Positions 9,608-19,700 of a DNA stretch of 64,000 nucleotides are shown here, in pieces. Both the position numbers and the translations under genes were made by a program. Position 1 is the first letter of the stretch, and every line of letters begins with the position of its first letter. Source of the DNA: Myxococcota bacterium (GTDB lineage Bacteria; Myxococcota_A; UBA796; SXON01); the NCBI GenBank assembly GCA_040386535.1, contig JAZKFH010000055.1, positions 32,001 to 96,000 on the forward strand, given 5' to 3'. The notes beneath the pieces are model-generated. The model saw nothing but the letters and a program-made list of their open reading frames with translations, did not search any database and was not told where the DNA came from.

Positions 9608-11572
9608 TTATCGAACGATGGGCGTGATCCGCACCGGCGCATCCGGCTCCGGGATCGCCATGCCTTCCTCCACCCCCTCCTCCACCCCCAACTCAACGTC
9701 CCCCTCCGCCGGCCCGGCGACCTCCGCCTCCACCGCCGTGACCACCCCCGCCTCCTCCTGCAACCGCAGGATCGTGCCGTCGGCGACCATGGCGCGGAGC
9801 GCATCGTCGACCCGTTGTTTCAACGCCTCGTTACCAAGCTGCATGGCGATGCCGTACCGGTCGCGCGCGATGGGCGGGCCGGTGACACGCCAGCCCTCGG
9901 AGAGCTGGCCGGCCTCGATGGTGTCGAGGACGACAACGTCGGCGCTGCCGGCCTCGACGGCGGCGGTCGCCTTGGCGGTGGATGTGACGTCGACGAGGAT
10001 GCAGGGGGTCGTTGCCACCATGGGCGCATAGATCGCGTGGGCGGCGGCGCAGCGGACGGCGAACCAAGTGGGGTCGGGGTCGGGGCGGTCGCGGGGCACG
10101 AGCGCCCGCACCTCAGGCTCCAGGTAGGGGATCGAGTAGAGCTGCTCGAGCTCGCGTTCGGGCGTGATCGAGATGGCGCCAATTGCGAGGTCGACCTCGC
10201 CGCGGCTGGCCCGGGTACGGACGTTGCCCGCGTGATCGAAGCGCACGCCCTGTTTGCCGAGCCGGCGGGCAAGCTCCTGGGCGAGGCGAACGTCGAAGCC
10301 GGTGGGCTCGGCGCCGGCGGTAAAGTCGAACATCGGCGGGAGCCTGGTCCCGATGGCGACGATCAGCTCGGGATCCTCGCCGGATGCCCGGAAGGGGGAG
10401 ACAGGGCGCGGGGCAACGTCGCGTTCAGCGGCCTCGACGACAGGGGCGGAGGCCGGCCGAGGAGCGTCGTGGCTATCCAACCACACAACCCAACAAATCA
10501 CCGCCGCGAGGGCCAACCCGCCGAGCATCAGCAGCGTGGTGAAGCAGCTCCACAGGGTAGCGAAGAAGCCGCGGCCCTCCCGCTTGGGCGGCGAAGTAGA
10601 CGCGACCGCGGGCACGATCTTGGCCGGCGCCGATGGCGGCGGTGCGGGCGGGGCCGTGGCCCCAGCGCGTGGTGCCTTGGCCGCCGGAGGCGGGATGGGT
10701 GAAGCGGCAGGCTTCATCGGCGCACCCGAGATTCCGAGCGCGAACGCCTCACACCCAGGAAACCGCGCTTCCCGCTTGACCGCCAGCGCGCGCGCGATCG
10801 CCGCCGCCAAGACCGGGTCCGCCGCCACCAACGCCGCGGGCACCGTGACATCGCCCGTCACGATGGCGTTCATCGTGTCGAACTCGTTGTCGCGCGCGAA
10901 CGCGGGAGTCAGCGTCGCGACCTCGAAGAGCACGGCGCCGAGGGAGAACACGTCGGAGCGGGCGTCCACGTCGTGGGCCGAGCGGACCTGCTCCGGGCTC
11001 ATGTACGCGTACGTGCCCATCTGGCCGCCCGCGACCGTCGAGTGGTTGTTGGCCCTCGCAAGCTCGCCGCGCACCTTCGCGACGCCGAAATCCACCACGT
11101 AGGGGAACAACGCGCCGCCCGGTCGCGCCACCAGCAGCACGTTTTCAGGCTTGATGTCCCGGTGCACGACGCCGCGTTCGTGCGCATACGCCATGGCATC
11201 GAGCAGGGGGAGGGCGATGGCCCGGACGGTGACCCCCGTGGGCGGTCCCGATCCGGAGGCCACGCGGGCGGCGATCCAATCCGCGAGCGTGCCACCACGG
11301 ACCAGATCCATGACGATACCGGCGGCGCCGGGCTCGGAGAGGATGTCGGTGACGCGCACGATGTTCGGGTGCTGGAGCTGGGCCTGCACGCGCGCTTCGT
11401 CGAGGAAGCGGCCCCGGATCTCGGGGCTGGTCACCCGTTCGGCACGCAGGAACTTGATGGCGTGCTCGCTCCCGAGCGTGACGTGGCGGGCGCGGTACAC
11501 CTCCGCGAACGCGCCCCCGCCCAGAAGCTCCAGCACCTCGTACGTGCCGTACCTTTCGCCGGGAGCCGGCAC
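9608..11572 (-). CDS. Membrane Ser/Thr kinase with extracytoplasmic family-3 solute-binding (PBPb) domain
   Basis: GGGAFAEVY, HRDIKPEN, DFGVAK and YMSPEQ motifs; TM LLMLGGLALAAVICWVVWL; then PTGFDVRLAQELARRLG...GEVDLAIGAISITPERE...YGIAM...ALRAMVADGT. Confidence 0.88.
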   Translation of the reverse strand: MPAPGERYGTYEVLELLGGGAFAEVYRARHVTLGSEHAIKFLRAERVTSPEIRGRFLDEARVQAQLQHPNIVRVTDILSEPGAAGIVMDLVRGGTLADWIAARVASGSGPPTGVTVRAIALPLLDAMAYAHERGVVHRDIKPENVLLVARPGGALFPYVVDFGVAKVRGELARANNHSTVAGGQMGTYAYMSPEQVRSAHDVDARSDVFSLGAVLFEVATLTPAFARDNEFDTMNAIVTGDVTVPAALVAADPVLAAAIARALAVKREARFPGCEAFALGISGAPMKPAASPIPPPAAKAPRAGATAPPAPPPSAPAKIVPAVASTSPPKREGRGFFATLWSCFTTLLMLGGLALAAVICWVVWLDSHDAPRPASAPVVEAAERDVAPRPVSPFRASGEDPELIVAIGTRLPPMFDFTAGAEPTGFDVRLAQELARRLGKQGVRFDHAGNVRTRASRGEVDLAIGAISITPERELEQLYSIPYLEPEVRALVPRDRPDPDPTWFAVRCAAAHAIYAPMVATTPCILVDVTSTAKATAAVEAGSADVVVLDTIEAGQLSEGWRVTGPPIARDRYGIAMQLGNEALKQRVDDALRAMVADGTILRLQEEAGVVTAVEAEVAGPAEGDVELGVEEGVEEGMAIPEPDAPVRITPIVR

Positions 11573-14359
11573 CTACGCCCCCAAGAGCCGCAGAACGCCG
11601 CTCTTGTCGGGCCCTTGCGCCAGCACGTCCGCGGGGGTGCACCGGGGACACCCATGGTCACACGGGCACCCCTGGAGCAGGCGCCGCACCCAGACGAGGG
11701 CGTTGTCGACCACGTCGGCGTCGAGGGCCTCGGCCATGCCCATGCCGCCGACGTAACGGTCCACTGCCACGATGCCGGCGGGGAGCTCGCCGTGGAGGCC
11801 AGCGTCGACGGGGATGACGTGGACGTCGTCGTCGCCGGCGAGCAGGTGCACGAGGAGCACATGGTCGAGGCACGCGGCGAGGTGGCGGCGCGCGGGGAGG
11901 GCGGAGGGCTGGGGGAAGAACACGCCGCGTGCCCGGGTGCGGTAGCGGCTGGTGACGGGAGCGTAGGCGACCGAGCCCTCGCCGACGCGGATGCCGGCGA
12001 CGGTCTCCAGCACGTCCACGTCGAACGAGGCGAGCGTGTAGACGCGGCGCTCCCTGCGGACGGTATGGGGGTCCTCGACCACGACGGCGTCGCGCACGGC
12101 CACGGCGAGCGCCGGGCTGGTCATGGCGCGGTCGGGCGCCACGCGGTTGACGTCCACGCGGTTGCGCTTGGCGTCGAAGGCGTGGAGGGGCACCTCGTAC
12201 CGGAGGTCGCAGTCCGCGAACACGCGCTGGGGGTAGAAGCGGGTCTCGACGACCGCGCGATCGCAGCGTCCGAGGAGGCGCCCGTCGTTCCGATCACGGA
12301 TCTCGACCACGTCCTCGGTGACCGTGTCGCGCAGGGTCCCGTCGAGGTCCCCGGTCTGGGCCGGCGCCAGCGCGACGCGCCAGAGGCCTTCGCGCGAGGG
12401 AGTACGTCGCAACACGAAGGCGTCGGCCTCCGCGGTGGGGTGCGCGTACTGGTCGGTGAGGGAGCGGCCGAAGAGCCCGGACAGCGAGTCGATGTCCTGG
12501 CGGCCCTCGCGCAACGCGGCGACGAGGTGGGTACGCGCGAGGTGCGTGTTGGCATAGCCGACGAGGGGGCGCGGCGCGGGGAGGCGGCCCTGGGCGGCGG
12601 AGGCGCGCAGGTTGTCGGGCCCGGTGAGGAGCCGGGTGATGGGGCTCGTGGGCCAGGCCCAGAGCGCGTGGTGGGTGCCGCCGTGTTCGAGGGGGAGGCG
12701 GTTCGCCAAGGTGCGCCACGCGCCGACGAGCCAGGTCTCGTCAAGCTGGCTGATGGATGCGTCCCCGCCGAGCGTGGCGCCACGATGCAGGCGTACGTCG
12801 GCCCCCCATACCTGCACGCCGGCGTCGAACGCGCCGGTGGGATCGCCCACGGCGACGGCGAGCGCGCGCTGGGCGAGAGGCTCGGCGGCGCGGCGGGGCC
12901 AGGGGTCCCCTGGCTTCGTGACGAAGCGCTCGGCGGCGGGCCAGACCTTCACGGCCGCGGAGGAGCGGGGCGCGAACGGGACGGCGGAGACGCGGATGGG
13001 GGGGAAGAGCCTCTCCACGAGGCCGATGGTGCCCGAGCCGCCGAGGCCGGTAGCGAGGACCGAGAAGCGCGCGCCGGCGGCGCCAAGCGCAAGCGCGAGA
13101 CGACGGAGCGTGAAGAAGCGGTGGGTGGCGACGAGTGGCGAGCCGCGGTCGACCTGGGAGAGGACGACGAGGCCGACGGTGCGTGCCCACGGGACGCCGT
13201 CGCCGACGGTGCTGTTCCAGAGGGCGCGGATGCCACGCGAGGAGAGCTCGTTCGTGTCGAGGAACGCCACGGCTGGCATGCGGCGCTGGCCGAGGGCGAG
13301 CCGGAGTTCCTCCTCGCCGACGACGAGCGGACCGCCGCTCCAAGCGCCGCTCAGCACGAGGGCCGCAGCGACCGTTTCGCGGAGGACGCGTGGCTGCTCA
13401 GTTACGACGAGGCAGGGGATGCCGGCGCCCTGGGCCGCGAGGAGGATGCTCGCCGCGAGGAAGGTGGCCTCGGTGGGATCGGGGAGATCGCCCACGAGCC
13501 AGCCCTGGCCGGGCTTGTCCGCGAGGCGCGCGATCTGCTCCAGCGCGAGCGGGGGCGCTCCGATGGCGCCGACGTGCCGCCACGCGTCGGCCGCGAAGCC
13601 GGGCCCGCCGGCGCCGCGGACGGCGGGGATCTCCATGAGGGGAGGTGCGGCTACGTCGAGCGCTCCTCGCTCGCGCCAAAGCGCCGGGATGTCGACGCGG
13701 TCGGGGCGGAACGCCTCGACCTCGGCTTCAGGTGCGGCGGCTGGGGGGAGGGCGCGTCCGGCCAGGGTCCAGATGGCGAGGCAGGCCATCGCGACGGGGA
13801 GGAGGGCCGCGCCGTCGAGCAGGACGCGTGTGGCGGGCTGGATCTGGCCGACGACGTAGGCGTGGTCGAGCCCGAGGAGGGTGAGGAGCGTCGCGACGAC
13901 GACGACGATCCCGGCCGGCCCGGCGAGGGGGATGCGGAAGGCGGGCCGGCCCTCGTCCCCGCGGAGCCGGAAGGCGGCGATGGCCGCGAAAGGGACGACA
14001 AGCGAGCCATTGAACGCCGCGAGCGGAAAGACGAGGTCGGCGGGGAGCGTCCTGGTGAGATCGAGGGCCACCGGCGCGCCGGGAACCGCGGGGACCGCGA
14101 CCGGCCCGTTCACCCAGGCGGCGAAGGACACGATCCACGCGGCGGGATCGGCGCCGGAGCCGGTCACGAGCCCGAGGAGCCGGGCGAGGACGGCCCACCC
14201 GAGGAGCACGGGGACGGCCCAGCCGAGGGCGATGGCGGCGCGGCGGGCGCGGGTGCCCGGGCCGACAATCAGCATCGCCGTGAGCCACGCGAGCAACGGC
14301 CCGCCGATCGCTATCAGGCCGAGCAGGGCCTTGCCCCAGCCGGGGAGGGAGAAGGCCAT
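11573..14359 (-). CDS. Multi-TM protein with degenerate SF2 helicase-like body and C-terminal DUF1998 (MrfA/Hrq1-type Zn-binding) motif
   Basis: Start ATG 14359 overlaps the upstream TAA. About 4-5 N-terminal hydrophobic segments. C-terminal D..GGMGMA..L...LLQGCPCDHGCPRC is typical of DUF1998. No intact Walker A or DExH motif seen. Confidence 0.7.
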   Translation of the reverse strand: MAFSLPGWGKALLGLIAIGGPLLAWLTAMLIVGPGTRARRAAIALGWAVPVLLGWAVLARLLGLVTGSGADPAAWIVSFAAWVNGPVAVPAVPGAPVALDLTRTLPADLVFPLAAFNGSLVVPFAAIAAFRLRGDEGRPAFRIPLAGPAGIVVVVATLLTLLGLDHAYVVGQIQPATRVLLDGAALLPVAMACLAIWTLAGRALPPAAAPEAEVEAFRPDRVDIPALWRERGALDVAAPPLMEIPAVRGAGGPGFAADAWRHVGAIGAPPLALEQIARLADKPGQGWLVGDLPDPTEATFLAASILLAAQGAGIPCLVVTEQPRVLRETVAAALVLSGAWSGGPLVVGEEELRLALGQRRMPAVAFLDTNELSSRGIRALWNSTVGDGVPWARTVGLVVLSQVDRGSPLVATHRFFTLRRLALALGAAGARFSVLATGLGGSGTIGLVERLFPPIRVSAVPFAPRSSAAVKVWPAAERFVTKPGDPWPRRAAEPLAQRALAVAVGDPTGAFDAGVQVWGADVRLHRGATLGGDASISQLDETWLVGAWRTLANRLPLEHGGTHHALWAWPTSPITRLLTGPDNLRASAAQGRLPAPRPLVGYANTHLARTHLVAALREGRQDIDSLSGLFGRSLTDQYAHPTAEADAFVLRRTPSREGLWRVALAPAQTGDLDGTLRDTVTEDVVEIRDRNDGRLLGRCDRAVVETRFYPQRVFADCDLRYEVPLHAFDAKRNRVDVNRVAPDRAMTSPALAVAVRDAVVVEDPHTVRRERRVYTLASFDVDVLETVAGIRVGEGSVAYAPVTSRYRTRARGVFFPQPSALPARRHLAACLDHVLLVHLLAGDDDVHVIPVDAGLHGELPAGIVAVDRYVGGMGMAEALDADVVDNALVWVRRLLQGCPCDHGCPRCTPADVLAQGPDKSGVLRLLGA

Positions 14360-16752
14360 TACGCGGCACCTCCGTCGCGACGACCGAGGGGCACGATACC
14401 TGCTCCTCGGCCGACGTCGAGCACACGGTAGCCCTCCCAGGTACGGAGAAAGATTGCGCGGGGCGCCTGCCGGTCGGTCCAGAGGGGGGTGAGGGTGAGC
14501 GGGGCCTTTTGGAGGGCCCGTTCGATGGGATCCTTGGCGATGCCGGGGGCAACGGCCAGCGCCTCCCCGGCGCGCAGGCCGCCGACGGGATCCCCATTCT
14601 CGTCCCGGGCGGCGACGGGGGCCGCGAGCGCGGCGGCGGCCCGACCCAGGAAGTCGGCGATCGCCCGACCGGCGGCTGTCTGGGCGGGCTCGTCGGCGAG
14701 CAGGCTGCGGGTGCCGAGGGAGCGGACCTGTTCGCGGCTCGCGCCGTCGATGGGGACGGCGTCGCCGCAGGGCACGTCGGGCTCCCCGTTGTCCGGCGGC
14801 CACGCCGCGGCCAGGAGGCGGGAGGCCCACACGTCCGGATCGCTCGCCTCGCGGCAGCGGCCGACCCACTGACTCACGTAGTGGGACGGGAGCAGCGGGC
14901 CGTGCAAGAGGTCGGGCTCGCCGACGAGGCCGCCGAGATCGTCCAGGGCGGCGTCCGCGGCGGGGGGGACGCCCATGGCGACAAGAGCCTGGCGCGCGCG
15001 GTCGCGGGCGCTGGCGATGGTGAGCTGCATGGCGGTGACGCGGGCCAGGGCGCCTTCGACGGCCAGCAGCGCGGCGCGACGGACCCGGTGGCGACGGAGC
15101 TCCAGCTGGTCGTCCGCTTGCCGGGACGTGCGGCCGCCGCCGCCCTTGCTCCAGATCGCGCGCAGCGCTTGGGTCCGCGCGGTCAGGAGCTCGCGGACCC
15201 TTTGGCGGGCGAGATTTCCGGCGAGCCAGCCCCAGCCGATGGCGACGAGCAGGCCGATGGCGGCGCCGGCGGCCCACGGGAGGAGGTCTTGCCACGGGAA
15301 CGGTGCCATCGCAGCAGCTGCGGTCACGACAGGCGCGACCATCGTGGGGGAGGGCATGACGGGCGCGCCCGCGGCGGAGGTCGTAGCGTGGCCGAGCCCG
15401 GCGATGACCACCGTTGCCAGCCCGCCCACCGCGATCCCCACTGCGGCCGCGCCCGTCCGAACGAGCCCCGGGGCCGGCAGCGCTGCGACAGCGGCCTCGA
15501 GCTCGACCCGGTGCGGATCCGGCGGCGGTCCGTCGGGCCCCGCGCCGAGGAGGCCCACGCGAGTCTGCTGGTCGCGGAGCTGCGCGGCGACCTGCTTCAG
15601 GCCGAGCTCGATCTCCAGCAGCGGCTTCAGCGACTCGCGGCGCAGATGCCCGCCGAACAAGCCCGCGATACGACCATGGATCCCGCGCACGAGCTGCGCC
15701 TCCTCGTTGTCGAGGTGGCGGAGGAGTGCCTCCAGCTGGCCCTGGTCGACGCCCGTGAGCGTGCGGTCCTGGGTGGCAGGCGCGAAGAGGACCGCGTACC
15801 GTTCACGGATCCGCGCGCCCTCCTCGAACGCGCCCACCCGTACTCTGTCCGGCAACCCCGACGCTGCCCCTGCGAGCGTCGCGGCGAGCTGGCGGCAGCG
15901 CTGGGCGGCCTCGGAGGTGTCCTCGAACGGGCGCACCCACTCCACATGCTCGAGGCTCCGCACCGCGGCGAGTCCTTCGGCGGGATCGGTCACCGGGCGG
16001 GCTTGCACGCGCGCGACCAGCGTGGAGAGCGCATCGTAGGCGGCGCGCTGCACGGCATAGTCGCGGATCCGGGCCTCGGGAACATCCAGAGACGCGACCG
16101 AGAAGAACGCCACCTTCGGCTCCCCGGCGGGGAGGTGGGCGAGACGGCGGCTCACCGGGTCGCTCTGGCGCAGCCCCGATCCCACCAGCGCGACGGCGAA
16201 GGAGGCACAACTCGCGAGCACCACGCTCGCGGCGAGCGGCCCGGCGAGGGTCATTTGCGAGAGCAGCCAGATCCGCGCCAGGAGTGGCGGCGCGGACCCG
16301 CTCTCCACCCACCGCTCGAGCTTGTAAACGCGGTCGAGGGCGCGGCGGGCCACGTCAGTATCGCCGAGCGGAGGTAGGACGAGCACGACGTGGAGCGCGG
16401 CGTTGCGCTGCTCGGGGGGCCGCGACAGGTCGAACATGACCCGGTAACGGTCGTGAACCACCCGCGTGATCTGCTCGGCGAGCACCACCAGATCGTCGTC
16501 ACCGCCCGCGAGGACGTGTTGGAACGCGAGCAGATCGAGCCGTCGCTCCGACTGCTCAGTGGCGAACCTACCGGCCTGGAGGAGCTCCTTCAGGACAGGC
16601 CCCAGCCGCTCGCCGGCCTCGCCCGCGACGGGCGTCGCCACACGGCAGATCAGCTCGTCTTCGCCCGAGAGAGACGACTCGATCCGCTGCAGCACGCTCC
16701 CGCCGAACGCGCCCACTCCCACGAGAACGGTGGGGTTGCTCATGACCGGCAC
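14359..16752 (-). CDS. Degenerate tubulin/FtsZ-like protein with coiled-coil region and two TM segments
   Basis: N-terminus PTVLVGVGAFGGSVL parallels PTLFVGLGGNGGKIV of the neighbour. SVASLDVPEARIRDYAVQR parallels GTAILHLPRRDIVKYASLR. The GGTGSG loop is replaced by AGGDDD. Two hydrophobic helices lie mid-protein. Confidence 0.55.
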   Translation of the reverse strand: MPVMSNPTVLVGVGAFGGSVLQRIESSLSGEDELICRVATPVAGEAGERLGPVLKELLQAGRFATEQSERRLDLLAFQHVLAGGDDDLVVLAEQITRVVHDRYRVMFDLSRPPEQRNAALHVVLVLPPLGDTDVARRALDRVYKLERWVESGSAPPLLARIWLLSQMTLAGPLAASVVLASCASFAVALVGSGLRQSDPVSRRLAHLPAGEPKVAFFSVASLDVPEARIRDYAVQRAAYDALSTLVARVQARPVTDPAEGLAAVRSLEHVEWVRPFEDTSEAAQRCRQLAATLAGAASGLPDRVRVGAFEEGARIRERYAVLFAPATQDRTLTGVDQGQLEALLRHLDNEEAQLVRGIHGRIAGLFGGHLRRESLKPLLEIELGLKQVAAQLRDQQTRVGLLGAGPDGPPPDPHRVELEAAVAALPAPGLVRTGAAAVGIAVGGLATVVIAGLGHATTSAAGAPVMPSPTMVAPVVTAAAAMAPFPWQDLLPWAAGAAIGLLVAIGWGWLAGNLARQRVRELLTARTQALRAIWSKGGGGRTSRQADDQLELRRHRVRRAALLAVEGALARVTAMQLTIASARDRARQALVAMGVPPAADAALDDLGGLVGEPDLLHGPLLPSHYVSQWVGRCREASDPDVWASRLLAAAWPPDNGEPDVPCGDAVPIDGASREQVRSLGTRSLLADEPAQTAAGRAIADFLGRAAAALAAPVAARDENGDPVGGLRAGEALAVAPGIAKDPIERALQKAPLTLTPLWTDRQAPRAIFLRTWEGYRVLDVGRGAGIVPLGRRDGGAA

Positions 16753-19700
16753 TAGCCGCTCACCTCGGCGTCGAGGCCGCGAGCGGCCTCCCGCTCTTCT
16801 TCGATGAAGCGGACCTCAGCATCCCGGCCCTCGGCGTTCGCCTTGCCGTAGGCCCGCTTCAGGCGCTCCTGCAGAGCGCCGAGCTCGGCGCGCAGCCGGC
16901 CGCGGCCGCCGGTGTCGACGCGGAGCTGGCCCCATTGCCGGACGGCGTCCTCCTCGATGTCGGTGCGGAGCCCGGGCTTCAGCGCCTCGTAGCCCTGGAA
17001 TGCCACGGCGCGCTCCTTGCCGAGGGTGCCCCGGGCACCCGACGACGACCAGGAGAGGACGCCGTCCTCCTCGAGGATACCACCGAAGAGGTTCACCAGG
17101 GTGAACGCCCGTACCCGGCGGGCACGCTCGTCTCGCTGCCGGCGCACCTCGTCCTCCTGCACGCGCCGCTCCTCGGCCCGCCGGATCTCCAGCGGATCGA
17201 GGTCGGGCAGCCCGGGCTCGGACTCCCACGCGGCCTCGATGTGGAGGGGGTAGGAGCGGGTCTTGTCATCGCGGACCTTGCGGTAGGCCGGGTACAGGAC
17301 CGAGGCCACGTTCTTGAACCAGTAGACCGGCACGCCGAGCTGCGCACGGTACAGGACCAGCGAGTCGCGCTCCTCCCAGTCCGGCAGGAGCTGCACTCCG
17401 CTCGCGACGCGGCGGAGGATGCTGCCGAGCGCCCCGGCCTCGTCCGTCGCGAAGCGGGAATGCAGGCCCGCTAGGAACACGTCCGCGGGGCGCACGGTGG
17501 TATCGCCGCGCTTGCTGTGGTCCATCTGCGCGAGCAGCACGCAGTCGTCGGTGACGCGCTTCAGGCGGTCCTCGAGGCCGCGCTCGACGCGGCGGGCGTC
17601 CACGGCGGCGATCGTGTCGTCGAGCTTGCCTTCGCGTCGCAATGCGTCGAAGTCGACGCCGTCGTCCAGGCACGCAATGTAGCGCTGCTCGAGCTCAAGG
17701 GCGGAGCCGAGATCCAGGTTCATCGACTCCAGGGCGCGGGCGTAGACGTCGTTCGCCTGGGCGCCGAGGCGGTCCTTCACGACCGCCACGATCTCGCTCG
17801 CGTCGCGCTCCCGGAGACGGCCGTCCGCGTCACGTGCCGGGGCGAACGCGGTCGTCACCTCCGCGAAGATCTTCTTCGTGTCGAAGAGCGAGGCACGGTC
17901 GAGGCGGTGGGCGTAGAACACGTTCCAGAGCCGCTCGCGGCGCCGGTCGTCGCGGAGGGCCTCCGCGTCGAGGTAGTACTGGGCGACGTCGGAGGTGGGA
18001 TCGGCCCCCGGGTCCTTGCGAAAGCGCTCGGTCGCAGCCTCGGTTTCCCGGGCCGTGAATTCGGCCACTTGGGAGACGTTCCGGAACGCCGAGAGCAGCG
18101 TGCCGCCGACCTCGCGCAGCTTGCCCTCGAAGGTCCGCCAGAACGTCCGCTTCAGGTCTTCGCGGTGCTCCTGGGCGAGGTCCTGGTAGAAGCCGATCGC
18201 GCGCTGCTTTGCGGCGCGGAACGCGGCGTTCTCACGGTCGACGATCTTGGTGAAGAAGCCAGGGTTCGCGTGGGTGGCGAGGTCCGTCTGGAGCCTGGCC
18301 TTCTCGTCCTGCACGCCCTGCCCGTCGATGTCCCGCCTGCCGCCCGCCTCCTGCTTGAGGAAGCCCTCCTCCTCGTCCTCGGTCGGCGCGATGAAGGCCT
18401 CGCGCAGGAGCTGGATGAGGAAGTAGCGCTGGGCGATCGGGTTCACCTCCATGTCGTTGAAGAAGCCCCCGAACGTGCGGCCGTTCGTGAGGTCGGCCAC
18501 CTGTGCCTCGAGGTAGCCGCGAACCTTCGTCTGCGACTCGGCGAAGTCCTTGCGGAGGTTCGCGATCGGCCGCTCGATCGAGGGGTTCCCCGGGCTGATC
18601 ATCTGCGGCTCGATGTCGTTCACGGCGATGAGCTCCGTGAGCCGCTCGTAGATCTGGGCGAGCTTCGCCCGGAACGCGACGGGGATGCTCCGCGCGTCCT
18701 TGGCCGTCTGCGCCTGGATCGCCGAGAAGACGCCCTTGATGTTGGAGCGCTCCTCGTCCTGGGCGCGCCACGCGACGTAGGCCAGGAACTTGTCGTCGAT
18801 CTGGCGGTCCTTGACCGCGCGATCCTGCTGTTCGAAGGCGGGGTCCCCATAGTTGACGCGGAACGCCGGATCGTCCCCGCCGAAGCACAGGTAGTCGCGG
18901 AAGGCCCGCGCGACGTAGCGCAGGCTCGCGTACTTCACGATGTCGCGACGCGGCAGGTGGAGGATCGCCGTGCCAAACGCCGCGTAGTGCACGGAGAAGT
19001 GCCCGTTGGCGAGCTTCTTCTGGTGCTTGTCGTAATTGTCATACTCGCCGGCCTGGGCCCCGAGGAGCGGCGAGAAGATCTGCAGGAACGAGGCGTCGGC
19101 GACGGCGTGCTCGTAGCGCTCGATGGATACGCGATCGGGGCGGTCGACGATGTAGGTGAGGCTGAAGGGGCGATCCTTCACCATGCGGTGTTCGGGCTTG
19201 CCCGGGTCGTAGTGGAATTCGATCTCCTCCTGGCCGCCCTCGTAGCCGAGCTGGCGGGTGAGGTATTCCAGCTCTTTGAGGGCCGCGTAGCCGTTCGCCA
19301 TGATGTCGGCCTGGAGCTCGGGCTTCACCTTGTCGAGGAACGTGGTCGGCATCGACAGCACGCCCACCACGTTCGGGCGGCCCCAGCCGTTGTCGAGCAC
19401 GACATCACGAAGCAGGTACGCCATCGGGATGAAGCCGCCCGAGCCGGTGCCACCCGCGATGGAGGCGTAGAGGACGACCTGCACCACGCGGTCGGCGTTG
19501 TCGCGCCAGGGGTTGTCTCGGCGGGTCGCCTCGTCGAGCACCTCGGCGAGCTTCTTGCGGATGCGGGCGCGGTTGTCGTCTTCGAGGTTGTAGTACAGGC
19601 CGAGGCGGCTCTCGATGCGGATCTGGCCGGCGCCGGCTCCCTGGGCCCCGCGGAACTTGTAGTTCTGGGGGATCCACTGGGTGACCATCGTGTCCTCACG

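Noticed and set aside
11573..14359. DISARM (drmB) or Druantia system
   Set aside because: No DrmA/DrmC/methylase or Dru partners are seen, and this protein is membrane-anchored with degenerate motifs.
10973..14431. Long + strand ORFs (also 17517..19997, 48532..51732, 53893..56928, 14509..16377)
   Set aside because: These are antisense shadows of well-supported minus-strand genes, typical of high-GC DNA, and carry no recognisable motifs.
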